A stretch of 35,298 bases of DNA from Reclinomonas americana ATCC 50394 (taxonomy: Eukaryota). The notes beneath the pieces were generated by a model. That model was not told the DNA's origin. It saw only the letters and a list, made by a program, of their open reading frames with translations, and made no database searches. The stretch lies in contig PS015093.1 of the NCBI GenBank assembly GCA_048213135.1, positions 62,001 to 97,298 on the forward strand. Direction: 5' to 3'. The stretch's first letter is position 1. Each line of letters starts with the position of its first letter. The position numbers and the translations under genes are program-made. Of the stretch, positions 9,923 through 22,000 are shown one piece after another.

Positions 9923-12316
9923 ATGCGACGAGTGCTCCCACTTGTGTTGCTTGTGCTGCTGCTGGTCACTGCTGCCTGTGCACACCAAGGTGGGGTGTTC
10001 ACACGCGCCCATACACGGAAGAGCATGCAAGATTTTCACTCTCACAAACATGCATGCAGCAACTCACACTCGTGAAGAGAGTCGCACATCATCACCACCA
10101 GCGCCACCACCTCGACCACCGCCGACGTGGACATTGTCGACGCCGGCACCAGAGGGCGACACATGGCTGCCTTCCGAGTCAATAGGCTTCAATCTCATTG
10201 TGCACGACACGGACGAGGAGGAGCGCACGATCTTCATCCATATGCGGGCTTCACGTGGTTCGAGGATGCAGGTGCGACATGGGGGAGTGGAAGTGAGGGG
10301 GCGGGGAGTGAGTTGACATGCTTTTTGTTTTTGGTGTCTGTGTTGATATCAAGTGCGCTTGCACACACAACACAGTGTTGGATGCTGTCAGCAAGGCCGA
10401 GATGGGATTCGGCGCCGCTCAGCAGGGACTGGGATTGTGTCGGCGGCTCACTGCAGAGGAAGGCTCGATGCCGAAGCCTTCACAACTTGGTGTTACGTGC
10501 CTGTGATGCGCGCGTGGCGTGAATGCTACTGCTGACTTTGTTGTGCGCAGGCGGTGGCCCCGGGAGTTCGTGCGTCGGGGAAACGACCGGCTGTACCACT
10601 GCGCAGAGTGGGTCTCCTTGTGGACGGCCGTGTGCGCGTCTTGTCGGTGCGAGTGGACGGTCGTGATGTGAACGAAGTCGGTGCGTGCGTCTGTGTTGTC
10701 CTCTCTTGTGTTCTCATCCTCACTCGCTGTGTGTTGACGACAGTGTCGTCGTTTGTGTCGGCGAATGCAATCGAGTCGGTGTTTGTGCCGGCCATGGCAA
10801 TGGCAGTGCACCACCAGCTGCAGACGAACACCGAAGAGGTTTGCGTTCATCGTCGTTCACTGCTGGTATCGCCTTGCTGAACGTGCGTTTGTGTTTAGCC
10901 ATTGGAGGCACCGTACAGCATGGCCCGCATGCAGTACCTCCGCAAGGGCTTCGTGGTGCCTCTCACCGAGCCCGAGTTGGCCGTTCAGCATCCGGTGGTG
11001 GTGATGGTCGGCGCCTACCACCACCATGTGGACTTGCTTGGTACGCGTCCACTCGACTCTCTCATCCCCATTCTCTCCCTCCCCTCACACTCTTGCCTGT
11101 GCTTGTTGGCAGCCGACGACCCGCTGCAGCCGTCGTTCCGCTGCTCACTCATTGGGCGCCCCTTCCCGGAGCGGAAACGATGTGCGCCGTTGATTGCCGC
11201 CGCACGCAAGTGGATCGAGAACAACGTGGAGGTACGTGAGACGTTCCCTCAGCTCCCCCCTCCTTCCCTTCTCACACGTTGACAATGGCGCTGCAGCACG
11301 TCTTCACGCACTTCCTGCCTCCACCACCACCCACGCTTGAGCCGCCACCACTGCCGCCGCCACCACCACGCAGTCCCTACTTTGTCGGCTCGGACAGTAT
11401 GACTGGCGCCCAACTGCTGGCGCTCGCCGACAGCGGCCACCCGAACGTGGGTCGCGTACGACCGTGGGTGTGCTCGTACCGCACCATCGATGGTTTCACC
11501 GTGCATCGCTACACTGGACTGGCCCCCCAAGACAACGTCTTCAGCTCCCTGTTTGTCAAGTCACAGCCACGCCCGGTTGCTGGTCGACTGGCCACCATTG
11601 TGTTGGGTGTGTTCTCCATGGATGAGAACGAGGCGGATCGTGACGATGTGCGCGAGACGTGGATGCGCTACCCCAATGTGTATCACCGCACGTACAACCC
11701 AGAAGGCTCGGTGCAGGTGGTGTTCGTGTTGGGCAGACCTCGCAATGCGGATCTGGCCCGACGGCTGCGTGCCGAGCAGGAGAAACACGGCGATCTGTTC
11801 TTCTTGGACATTCTCGAGAACATGAGCTCCGGCAAGATGCACGACTTCCTCGCCGCGTCGGCCGATCACTTCCGCGGCACGAATGTGCGCTACGTGGGCA
11901 AGGCCGATCACGACGCCTTTGTGCGCACCGTGCAGCTGGAGCGCGAGCTGTCGAAGCTGCCGCGTGAGCGGCTGTACTGGGGACCGGGATTGGTGGCGTA
12001 CCGCGACGGAGTGGCTGTGGAGTATGCGGTCAGCTTTTTGAACCTGCTGTCGTGGGACTTGGTGGAGTGGGTGCGCCGCGTGCCGCTGGGCAGCCTGGAG
12101 CACCTGGGACTCGACGACTGCACGCTGGGTTCGTGGTTCGCGATGGAGAATGTGCCGGTGCACTTTGTGGGCGACGCCCGCTTCCACGATCTATTCGGCG
12201 CCACCGATGCCCTCGTCGAGGCGCGGCTGACCGAGAGGAGCCTCGCGGTGCATCGCGTGCGCGGCGGCGACATGCTGCGTCTGTTCATGCGCCAGTTTCC
12301 GCCGGAGGATGAGTGA
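9923..12316 (+). CDS. GT31-family glycosyltransferase, copy 3; 1-nt deletion in exon 2 (pseudogene or sequencing error)
   Basis: MRRVLPLVLLVLLLVTAACA signal (in-frame ATG also at 9917); same intron positions. ATC-CA-TAT at 10236-10243 corresponds to ATT-CCC-TAC (IPY) in copy 2. The catalytic exon is intact (YVGKADHDAFV). Confidence 0.8.
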
Positions 12317-12826
12317 GCGGTTGTGTAGTAAACGAGATGTGTAGAATTATGGTTGCAGTGCCGGTGTTCTCCGACAAGGAAGCCCGGCAGCAGTCTTGGT
12401 GACCAATTCCAACCATTCTGGAAACAATGCTTCGAACAAGTCGAAATCTGCGATCCACGTCGTGCGGAATGAAATGCACTTGCATAGACGCACGGCGATC
12501 TCGGCAGTCGATTATGGCAAATCCAACCCTGTAAATTCGAAGCCGTGCAAAGCAAAGCGCAGCGCGCTTGCAAATGCCTGGTCCGGATCGCAAACACAGA
12601 CGCCTTTGATTCACCTCGCGGGTCCATACACTGTCCACCACCCGCCCTCTTGCGTACCGCAGCCGTTTCCTCACCGCGGGGTTGTGGCGCGGTTTTATAA
12701 TTCCGCCGGACAATTCAATTCCACTCGCCGGCCCAACCAACCGAAAGCAATCCAAATAAAACGCGTCACTTGTAGACTCATCGCGAGCGGTCGCTGTGAC
12801 TCGCCTCAGTTAGATAGAGGGCGGCC

Positions 12827-14446
12827 ATGAGTGTCAAGTTCAACTGGGCACGGCTGAGCTCCACTGCCACGAGTGTGGAGCTCACCAACACTCTGAACAC
12901 ATTTTTCGCCGCTCAACAGCAACAACAGTCGACTTGGCCTTCCTTTCTGGGAGCCGTTCGTGTGACCGATCTCTCTCTCGGTCCGGTGAGTCACACATAC
13001 ACACACACACACACTCACACACGCATAGTGAGGGAGTCAAGAGTCGGAGAGTGAGAGAGAGGCGCGCGTGTGTGTGCGCGCGTGTGTGATGTCGTCAATG
13101 CTCGTCCTTTCAAACCGTTGTGTTGTCTGCCTTTGTNNNNNNNNNNNNNNNNNNNNNNNNNNNNNNNNNNNNNNNNNNNNNNNNNNNNNNNNNNNNNNNN
13201 NNNNNNNNNNNNNNNNNNNNNNNNNNNNNNNNNNNNNNNNNNNNNNNNNNNNNNNNNNNNNNNNNNNNNNNNNNNNNNNNNNNNNNNNNNNNNNNNNNNN
13301 NNNNNNNNNNNNNNGTGTGTGTGCATGTGAACGATTTGTAAGAGAACCGGAGGGAGAGCAGTATATTATCGTTGGTGGATTCCTTCTCGCGCGCGCGCGC
13401 GGGCATCAGGATTCACGCGCGCGGTTATGAGATGCTCATTCTCGCATCTTTCTCGTGTTCAGGATGCTCCGACGGTGCAGCTGATGAACATCTCTGGCGC
13501 GACGCCTCCCATGTGCCACGCACGCACTCGCGCATTGGAGGATCGGAATGGCGGGTTGCGCTCACTGGCCTCGATCAAGAGACCNNNNNNNNNNNNNNNN
13601 NNNNAGCACCGCCGGCTGCTGTCCGCGCGCCGGCGGCAGTGGCGGCGGCGGCGGCTGGGCGACCGGCAGCACGTCTCCCGCCAAGACCACATGCGCGGTC
13701 ACAGCAACAACAACAACAGCACCATTACATGCAGCAGCACGCGGCTGCAATGGCGATGATGTCGCGGCGATTGGTCGATGAAGACGATAGTGATAGTATG
13801 GCTGAGGTCGATGTGGGCCTGCGTGGTCCGGTGCGGCTCGTGTCGTCGCGCTCCGCGTCGAGTTTGAATGACTTGCACTCGGGTCCGCCGTTGACGCCCA
13901 CCAGCTCGGACAAGTCGGCGGTGAGCGATGCGGACTCGATGTCGCTGGGCTCGAGTGATTCCATGTATGGTGATTCGCGGCCGGCCACGCCCACGCCGCT
14001 GTCGGAGCTGGGAGGCGCTGCTTCTTCGTCTTCTACAACGACGACGACGACGACGACGACTACCCCGCACTCAAGGCATCCCTCGGCGTCGGCCTCCAAC
14101 GCGGGCTGGTCGCAGCTGGCCGGCTCGCTGGCGTGCATGTCGGCGTTCTCGATGCCGGGCATGATGCCGACCCGTTCGCGAGTGTCGCGTGCCGATGCGC
14201 GTGAGAACGTGCAGGCCAGCATTGCGTTGCGCTGGCTGTCACAGCTCTCGTTCAGTCTCGAGACGGAGCTGGTGCTGTTGAATGAGCCTGTGCCGCGCTT
14301 CTTGACGCTGCCGCTCCGCATCACCGTCTCCAAATTGTACCTGTGCGGTCGGCTCGAGGTTGCTCGGAGTCGCACGCACCTGTCCATGTACTTTCACCGC
14401 GCCAAGGACCCAGTTGCGTTGTACTCTCTCTCTCTCTCGCCCACCA

Positions 14447-14477
<31 letters not shown>

Positions 14478-14911
14478 ACGTACTACTACTACTACGTACT
14501 ACTACTACTACTNNNNNNNNNNNNNNNNNNNNNNNNNNNNNNNNNNNNNNNNNNNNNNNNNNNNNNNNNNNNNNNNNNNNNNNNNNNNNNNNNNNNNNNN
14601 NNNNNNNNNNNNNNNNNNNNNNNNNNNNNNNNNNNNNNNNNNNNNNNNNNNNNNNNNNNNNNNNNNNNNNNNNNNNNNNNNNNNNNNNNNNNNNNNNNNN
14701 NNNNNNNNNNNNNNNNNNNNNNNNNNNNNNNNNNNNNNNNNNNNNNNNNNNNNNNNNNNNNNNNNNNNNNNNNNNNNNNNNNNNNNNNNNNNNNNNNNNN
14801 NNNNNNNNNNNNNNNNNNNNNNNNNNNNNNNNNCGTACGTCGTACGTCGTACGTCGTCGTCGTCGTCGTCGTCGTACGTCGTACGTCGTACGTCTCGTCT
14901 CGTCTCGTCTC

Positions 14912-15008
<97 letters not shown>

Positions 15009-15849
15009 CATCCCTCTCTCTCCATACACACTCATTCTTCACCCATCCGTCTCTTCTCCCTCCCTTCTCCCTCCCTTCTCCCTCCCTTCTCCCCTCTCTC
15101 CCATCTCCCTTCTCACGTTGCCACCTTGCCACCCACAGTCGGAGAGGAGTCCATTGCGGTCGGTGCACTTCTCGTGTGAAATGGGCGACGCGTCGGCCAA
15201 GTCGTTGAAGTTGCCGGCACACGTCAGCAAGTTCTTGGTAGAGCAGTTGAAGAGGTGGATTGTGGCGCAAATGGTGTTCCCCAACGCGTTGGTGTTGCCA
15301 CTGCCGCCGGATGCCGACGAGGATGCCGCGGCGGACAGTCGGCGGGGCGAAGCACTGCTGGAACAGGAGGCAGCGCGAGCGTTTACCGACATGCCGCAAT
15401 TCACCGACGATTCGACGTTTGATGTGCTGGCCGAGAGCATCGACGACGACAGATTACCCCCGTTGCCTGCGATCCCCCTGCTGGCAGACTCGCCGCCGCC
15501 ACCCACGTCATCACTCGGCGCTCATCGCTCGCCGGTACCATTGCACCACCATCAGCATCATCACCACCACCACCACCACCATCAGCAACAGCAACAGACG
15601 CCGCCACCACCACCACTGCAGCGCGCTCCCCAACAGCAGGGCAGTCCACTCCCTGTGCATCGACCACACGTGCGCACCACCGGTGACGTGGACGCCGATT
15701 CCTCGGTGTCGTCGTACAGCACCAGCGACTCGGAGCAGCTCATCTCCACGGACACGATTGTGCATCATGCTCCGCGGCCTGGCGCTTCGTTCTACTCACC
15801 CGCGCCATCAATATCATCGCGGTTGTTTGGGCAGGGCGCCTACCCATAA
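12827..15849 (+). CDS. MDM12: Mitochondrial distribution and morphology protein 12 (ERMES SMP-domain subunit)
   Basis: Exons about 12827-12985, 13463-14412 and 15139-15849. MSVKFNWARL, PSFLGAVRVTDLSLGPDAPTVQL, LETELVLLNEPVPRFLTLPLRITVS and LRSVHFSCEMGD...VSKFLVEQLKRWIVAQMVFPN match the Mdm12 pattern (MSxDxNW, LxxPxPxFxxLPL, EIG, VExFxxEQxR, VYP). No N-terminal TM, unlike Mmm1. Confidence 0.85.
14424..15002 (+). repeat. Compound intronic microsatellite (CT)n, (TAC)n, (CGT)n/(CGTA), (CGTCT)n, long (CT)n around an N-gap
   Basis: Directly visible within MDM12 intron 14413-15138. Confidence 0.95.
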
Positions 15850-16053
15850 TCTGGCGCTCTTGCTCTATGTTTAGGTTGTTTTTAATAACGGAGACCTTAT
15901 TCCTTGTCTCCAGTTTGTGCATTTGTTGCGTTTTTGCTCTGTTTAATGTGCCCCCCCTCTTTAATTGGCTCGTGGGTGCAGCCACTCGATACTTGCATAT
16001 AAAGGATGATCACAATAGTTTAAACGTGCTTCATTATATAATTCATTCATTGA

Positions 16054-19000
16054 TCATCTCTGTGCACTTCTTCGGACCACTGCTTGTTTCGTGTGCGGTC
16101 GGCCTCGCGGATCACGATGTTCGCGATTGTCACGCCGATCACGAGGGTCGCCACCTGCATGTGCAACAGTGAGAGGCCACAGAAGCACGGTCAAGATGAA
16201 AGCCAGTGACTCACGATATCCGCCGCCGGCGCTGTCGTGTCGACGAGACGGTGGAGGCGAGGGCGGCAGTGGAGGTGGTGGTGGTGGTGGCGGCGGGCCT
16301 GATCTCGACCGCGGAGGTGTTGTCGGTGGCGGCGGTGATGCGCGCGATGATTGCGGGTCGCGATGACGACCGCCGCGTCTGCCGTCATCGTACGCGGGCC
16401 GATACGGTTCGCGATTGAAGTGATGAACGACATGACCAGTCCTGCTGCGGCTGCTGCTGCTGCTGCTGCCGGAAGGTGCTGCCGATGGAGGAGGTGGTGG
16501 CGGTGGCGGTGGAGGCGGCGGCGGCGCCACTGGCTGCGGCGACGCGCCATACTGCGCGTTGAGCACCAATTGGAGCGCAGCTTGAATGTCTTGCATGGAA
16601 ATCTGTGGAATTCGCGGAGGCTCCACGTGCGGTGCGACGGGGGTCACAGGACCAGCTGCATTTGCGCCGGAGGCGGGAGTTCGTTGGTGTGGAATGTATG
16701 GCTGATCGGCCACAAGCGGCGGCCTGCCGTGCGAACCATATGAGCGTCGGTAATCGGCTGCACAAGCACGCAGTTTGTCAAGTCAGTGCGACAACAATGC
16801 TACAACCACACACACGCACGCATATGTACACACCTTGCCGACGTGAGTCTGTGGTGCGCTGTGACCTGCCGGACGAATTCCAGCGGTCCTCTGGCGACAG
16901 CGACTGCGGTGGAAGCGGCGGTGGAGGTGGAGGCGGTGGTGGTGGCGGTGGTGGTGGTGGCGGCGGCGCAGTGGAGGCATACGACTTGCTTCGGCCTCCT
17001 CCTCCTCCTCCACCGTAGCCGGCATCTGCTGGGTACTGCTTGCTGCCACCCGTCTGGAACCGATCGCCAGAGTACGACTGGCGACTGCCAAAGCGACCTG
17101 CAGCCGAGGAGGGCGGCGGTGGCGGACCAGAACTGGTATTCGATTGTGACGACGGTGTCGGTGGCGCTTGTTTCGGGGTGCGGTTCCGTGTGTCGGTGAT
17201 GATGATTGGGTGCCGACGCCTGGTGTCGTTGATAATGGTGGTCGTACGACGAGGCTCGCCCTGCGGGGGCCACGGCTCTCCGGCTCTCTTGTTTGTCACC
17301 AATCGCCGCTGTTCTGGTGTTCCACCGTAGCCACCATGCTGGCGGCGCGGATGCGCGCTGTCATCTGCGCCGGCAGCAACGGCACTCGCACCGACATTTC
17401 CACGGCGTGCCAGCAACAAGTGCTGATCGGTGACGGCCGTCACCAGTTCTTGTGGCAACAAGTCACGGATGGATGACACCTCCACGTCGACGTGCCGGTC
17501 AAACGCCTATGCCAACAGTCAACAACAACAGCCACGATAGAACACCCTTTCTCATACACGCAAACGCACCACACTAGATCCTTGAAGCTCGGACGGTGTG
17601 GGAGCCACGCAGGACCGGCCACCCAGTTGCAGCGCACGATCTGCAGCACCACCACCCAGACTGGCCACGACACTCGCACGAGCCGTCGCCAAGGCCTCCA
17701 GAGCGGGCGAGCGCATCACTGTACACAAGAGTCTCAGCACTTCCTCCCAGTGCTCATCAGCACAAGTCGCTCACCGCCGAGGATGCCGACGAGAACCCAA
17801 CCCAGCGTTGACATGGTCTGCTCATATTCGGCAAGCACACCGGCGGCTTGTACGGCGTCTTCCAACTCCACAGCTGTTCCACCGCCGTCCTTGTCCGCCA
17901 CACGCGACGCAGGCAACGCACTCTGTCACCAAGACAACACACGCGTTGGATCATGCACCACAGACGAACATGAACACTTGCAGGCACGAACCTCGATGCG
18001 ATTACGGAGTGCCTCCCATTCCGTGGCCACGCGCTGCACCGCATTCACATGCACCTCAAACTCGGCGGCGGCCGCCGCACGAGATGACAGCCAACGAGCC
18101 ACGCGATGCCCACACTTCAGCGTCACATCAAACCACTCCATGGCCTTGCTGTGCTCGCCGAGTCTCGCCACGGCATGATCGGTATCCTGGACCACCATGG
18201 CGTGCTGATCCAGCACCGTACGTGTCCACCACTCCAGCAGAGGCTCCTCCGCGGCACGGTTGGGCGACCGCGCGTTCAACATGGCCACACTCCCGGCAAG
18301 CGAGTCACTGAATGTCTGCAGCGCACTCGACAGCCACGATGAGGCCGCAGAAAACCTTTCACTCGCCAGTGCCGCAGCCTCCAACACCTTGGGCACGCAG
18401 AGGGAAGTGAGCAGGAGACGAAATCAGTGAAGAACAGCGCAAGTCAGCGTACCTCGGCGAGCTGAGGAGCGGTCGGAATGTACCGCACACCACGCAGCGT
18501 GTCTCTGGCAGGCGCGTCGGCAGAATCGACGCCCTTCTCAAGAGCCTCATCCACGCGCTGATCGGCGACCACGACGGCCAGCGCCAGCTGCAGCAGCGTC
18601 TCACTTATCGACACGCGTACATTCTCCTCGATTGCGCCAGCGTCGATCACCGTGTGCAGCGCGGCCACAATGGCCGAACCAAGCGTCGATGCATCAAGTG
18701 CCAGTCGAATCGAGTCATTGCGCGAGACGATATCGCGCGCGGCGACAATCAAGCGCACGCCACCAAACACACTCTCGTCCATCTGCACACACTCACACAC
18801 TCAGCACGATTCGAAACAAGCAAAACACACCAATGACTCACCGGTCCCCCGGCTGCCCCGCTGATCGCTTGACACGTCTCCATCACGCGCACACGCAGGT
18901 GCTGTGCTACCGGACCGCATATTTGCGTTTCTGCAATGTCAGAATCTGCGAGTCGCAGCAACGCTTCAATCGTCGTCCGCTGAATGGCTTGATTGCTGAG

Positions 19001-22000
19001 CGGCGGCGAGAGTGAGAAGCGACCGAAAAAAAGAAACAAAGGGAAAAACACACGAACCCAGACTCCAGGTACGGCAGCAGACCATCGACGAGCGGTTTCA
19101 GCGCACCGTCAGCGACAAACACAACCCACGGATTGGATGCCAGCAGGCGAGCAAGCGACTGCGGCGCTGCGGAGGACTCCGACGACAGCGGCGGCGGCGG
19201 AGGGGGCGAGCACAGCAGCGGGATGAGAGAGGCGACGGCAAAGGCTGAGGTCGGAGTGGAAGCTGCGTGCTGCACCAGCCACGTGCACACACTGCATGCA
19301 TGCATTAGTCAGTGGCAATGATCACGTCAGAGTGGTGTCGTTTCACGGATCGTCAACTCACCGCGACAGCGACAGTGGGTGTCTGCACATGGTCAGCATT
19401 GCATTCACGATGCGCAGGACGCAAGTGGCCAGCTGCAGGTGTGGATTCACAGGCTCTGGCGGATCCCACGATGGTCGCACCGCGTGCAACGACACCCACA
19501 ACGGTGCCTGACGTTCACTCTCCGACACGCCAGAATATTCGTCGTCAAACAAATTGCGAAGATCAAGAGCGAAGCCGGCAGCAATCCACTCGGGCGGCAC
19601 CGCCTCGTGCTCGACGACAAACATGTACAGCTGTCGACAGCCGTGTGAGAAATCGCACATATTTGCACGCAACAGGACGGGCACAGACAGACAATCACAC
19701 CTCCAACATCATGTCCACAAAGTGGTCGAGGCAAGCGGTCGACTGCAGACGCTCTAGCAAGCTGTAGGCAGTGTTCGTGATCAACACCGCAGTGTCAAAC
19801 CAAAACATTTGGTCCTGCATTGACAAAAAAAAAAGGTATGTGAGTGGCAACTCGCCACACTAGCGCCCCCGGACGAGAATCATCAANNNNNNNNNNNNNN
19901 NNNNNNNNNNNNNNNNNNNNNNNNNNNNNNNNNNNNNNNNNNNNNNNNNNNNNNNNNNNNNNNNNNNNNNNNNNNNNNNNNNNNNNNNNNNNNNNNNNNN
20001 NNNNNNNNNNNNNNNNNNNNNNNNNNNNNNNNNNNNNNNNNNNNNNNNNNNNNNNNNNNNNNNNNNNNNNNNNNNNNNNNNNNNNNNNNNNNNNNNNNNN
20101 NNNNNNNCGCAAGAGCGCACCAGCACTGGCACTTCGCGCTGCACCGAGGCCAATGCACAGTGCCGAATGATGCACACCATTGTGGCAGTGAGCGTGGCCA
20201 TTAGTGTGCCACGCAGTACAGGTGGAATCGGCGGCATCGATATGAAAACATCGGCACCGCTGGCAGCTCCGGAAGTCTTCCAGGCCTCGCTCGTCAGCTC
20301 GCTGTTGACAACCATGCCAAGAATCGACATGTCTGCCAGCGCAAACTCAAGCAACTGCAGACAAAAGTAACAAGAGTGAGTCAGATATGTGAGACAAGAA
20401 AACACGCCGGTCACGTCACGTCAGCACCTTGACACCCAGGCGGATCATCTTGACACGCAGCAGTGTCGACTGAATCCTCGGAGCCAACTGGTCGATGATC
20501 AGTGGCTCACCAACGCCCGTTGTCGTCGACACTTCGGCGAGCCACGATACCAAACCGGTGACCTGTGGGAAGTGAGTTACATAGGCCAGGGTGTGAGCGA
20601 GAGGGAGAGGAGAAATGAGAAGGGAGAGGGAGAGAGGACGATAACGAGAGAGAAAGGAAGGGAGGGAGAGGAAGAGAGGAAGAAAGGGAGAGAGAGGGGG
20701 AGAAGTGTGCGTGCTTCGAGAGAGATTAGAGCACGCAACTCCGTCCGATTCCAGCACTCGCAACGGCGCCAACAATGCCGTCAAAGTGCGTACCGCCACT
20801 GGATGACAGAAACAGAAATCAACAACAGGATAAGGAACTCATTTTGCCGGCACAGAGCGCAGCGCGCATGTCAAACCATTGCTCGTGTCCATGGCTTTCT
20901 GCTCAATGCTGGCGAGAATGACCTTGGAGAAGCACGCAAAGAGTGTAATGGAAGCGAGGTCGTCGAGCACTGCCTGTACCAGGAAGCACGCAGCGTCGGC
21001 CTGTGCGCACACACATGCGATGAGCGGCTGCTATCATCGAAAGAGCAGAGAAAAAAGGAGGAGACAATTTGACGCAACAAGTCGCGCCTCACATCCGTGC
21101 TGCAGCAGCTGGTGACCGGCGGTGGCCGCGGCTGGCGACGTCGGCGAAAGAAGGGGCTTGTTGTGAATCGAGGCCACCATGCGGCACACCGCGTGCATGG
21201 CCTGCGGATGGGCGAAAAAGGTCTGCACGACCACCTGATGGCCACACTGCGACTCGCTGATTTCACACAACACGTGAATCTCCGACTCCACAATGCTGAG
21301 CGACTGACGCGTGGGCGCCTTGCGATCGGAGCAGCTCGCGGGCGGGAAGCCAGCCACACGATCGACACATCGATTGCGCGCCTCCTCACCCAGCACCACT
21401 CGCAGCTGGCGGGTAACGGTGAATGCGGCGAGGTGGGAGCGAATCTGCACCATCAGTTGCGCCGCCAGCAGCCACTGCAGCTCTCGCACTTCCAGCACCT
21501 CCAGCGGATCCACCGACAGCTCTTGCGGCTCCGGCACGCCGTGCATGGTCTCCATCAGTCGATGCAGGGAGGGTCGATTGCACAATAGCCATGCAAGGCT
21601 GCGGTGGAGAAGGACAAAGAAGATGAGACAGAGGTGACATATGCTTCGCAAGAAAACAGCAAGACACGCAACTGCATGGTACTGCCAGGTCCCTCGTCCC
21701 CAGCGGCCGGCTCACCAGACAAGCTGACGCGCAATTGACGCGCTCGAGGGTGCGCCGCGAGACTTGCGCTGGCATCGGCCGACGACAACACCATGTTCAA
21801 CACACGCAATGCCCGTCGCGACCACTGATTGTTGCCAATGATGCCCGGCAACTCGACCATCAGGTCCACAAGCGAGGAAGACTGCGCGGCGCCCGTGTAC
21901 AGCAGCGAACGACTCACACAACGCCGAATTCGCGCAGCACTCGTTTCATCGCCCCAGTCGGCCATGTGTGCGGCGGCCGTCCAGCCTCGTGCGCCAATGG

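Noticed and set aside
12515-12540. CAACCCTGTAA as a possible telomerase RNA template
   Set aside because: Incomplete match to CTAACCCTAA and no supporting structure.
6322-12627. Long antisense ORFs over the GT31 catalytic exons
   Set aside because: Shadow ORFs expected from GC-rich codon bias; no motifs.
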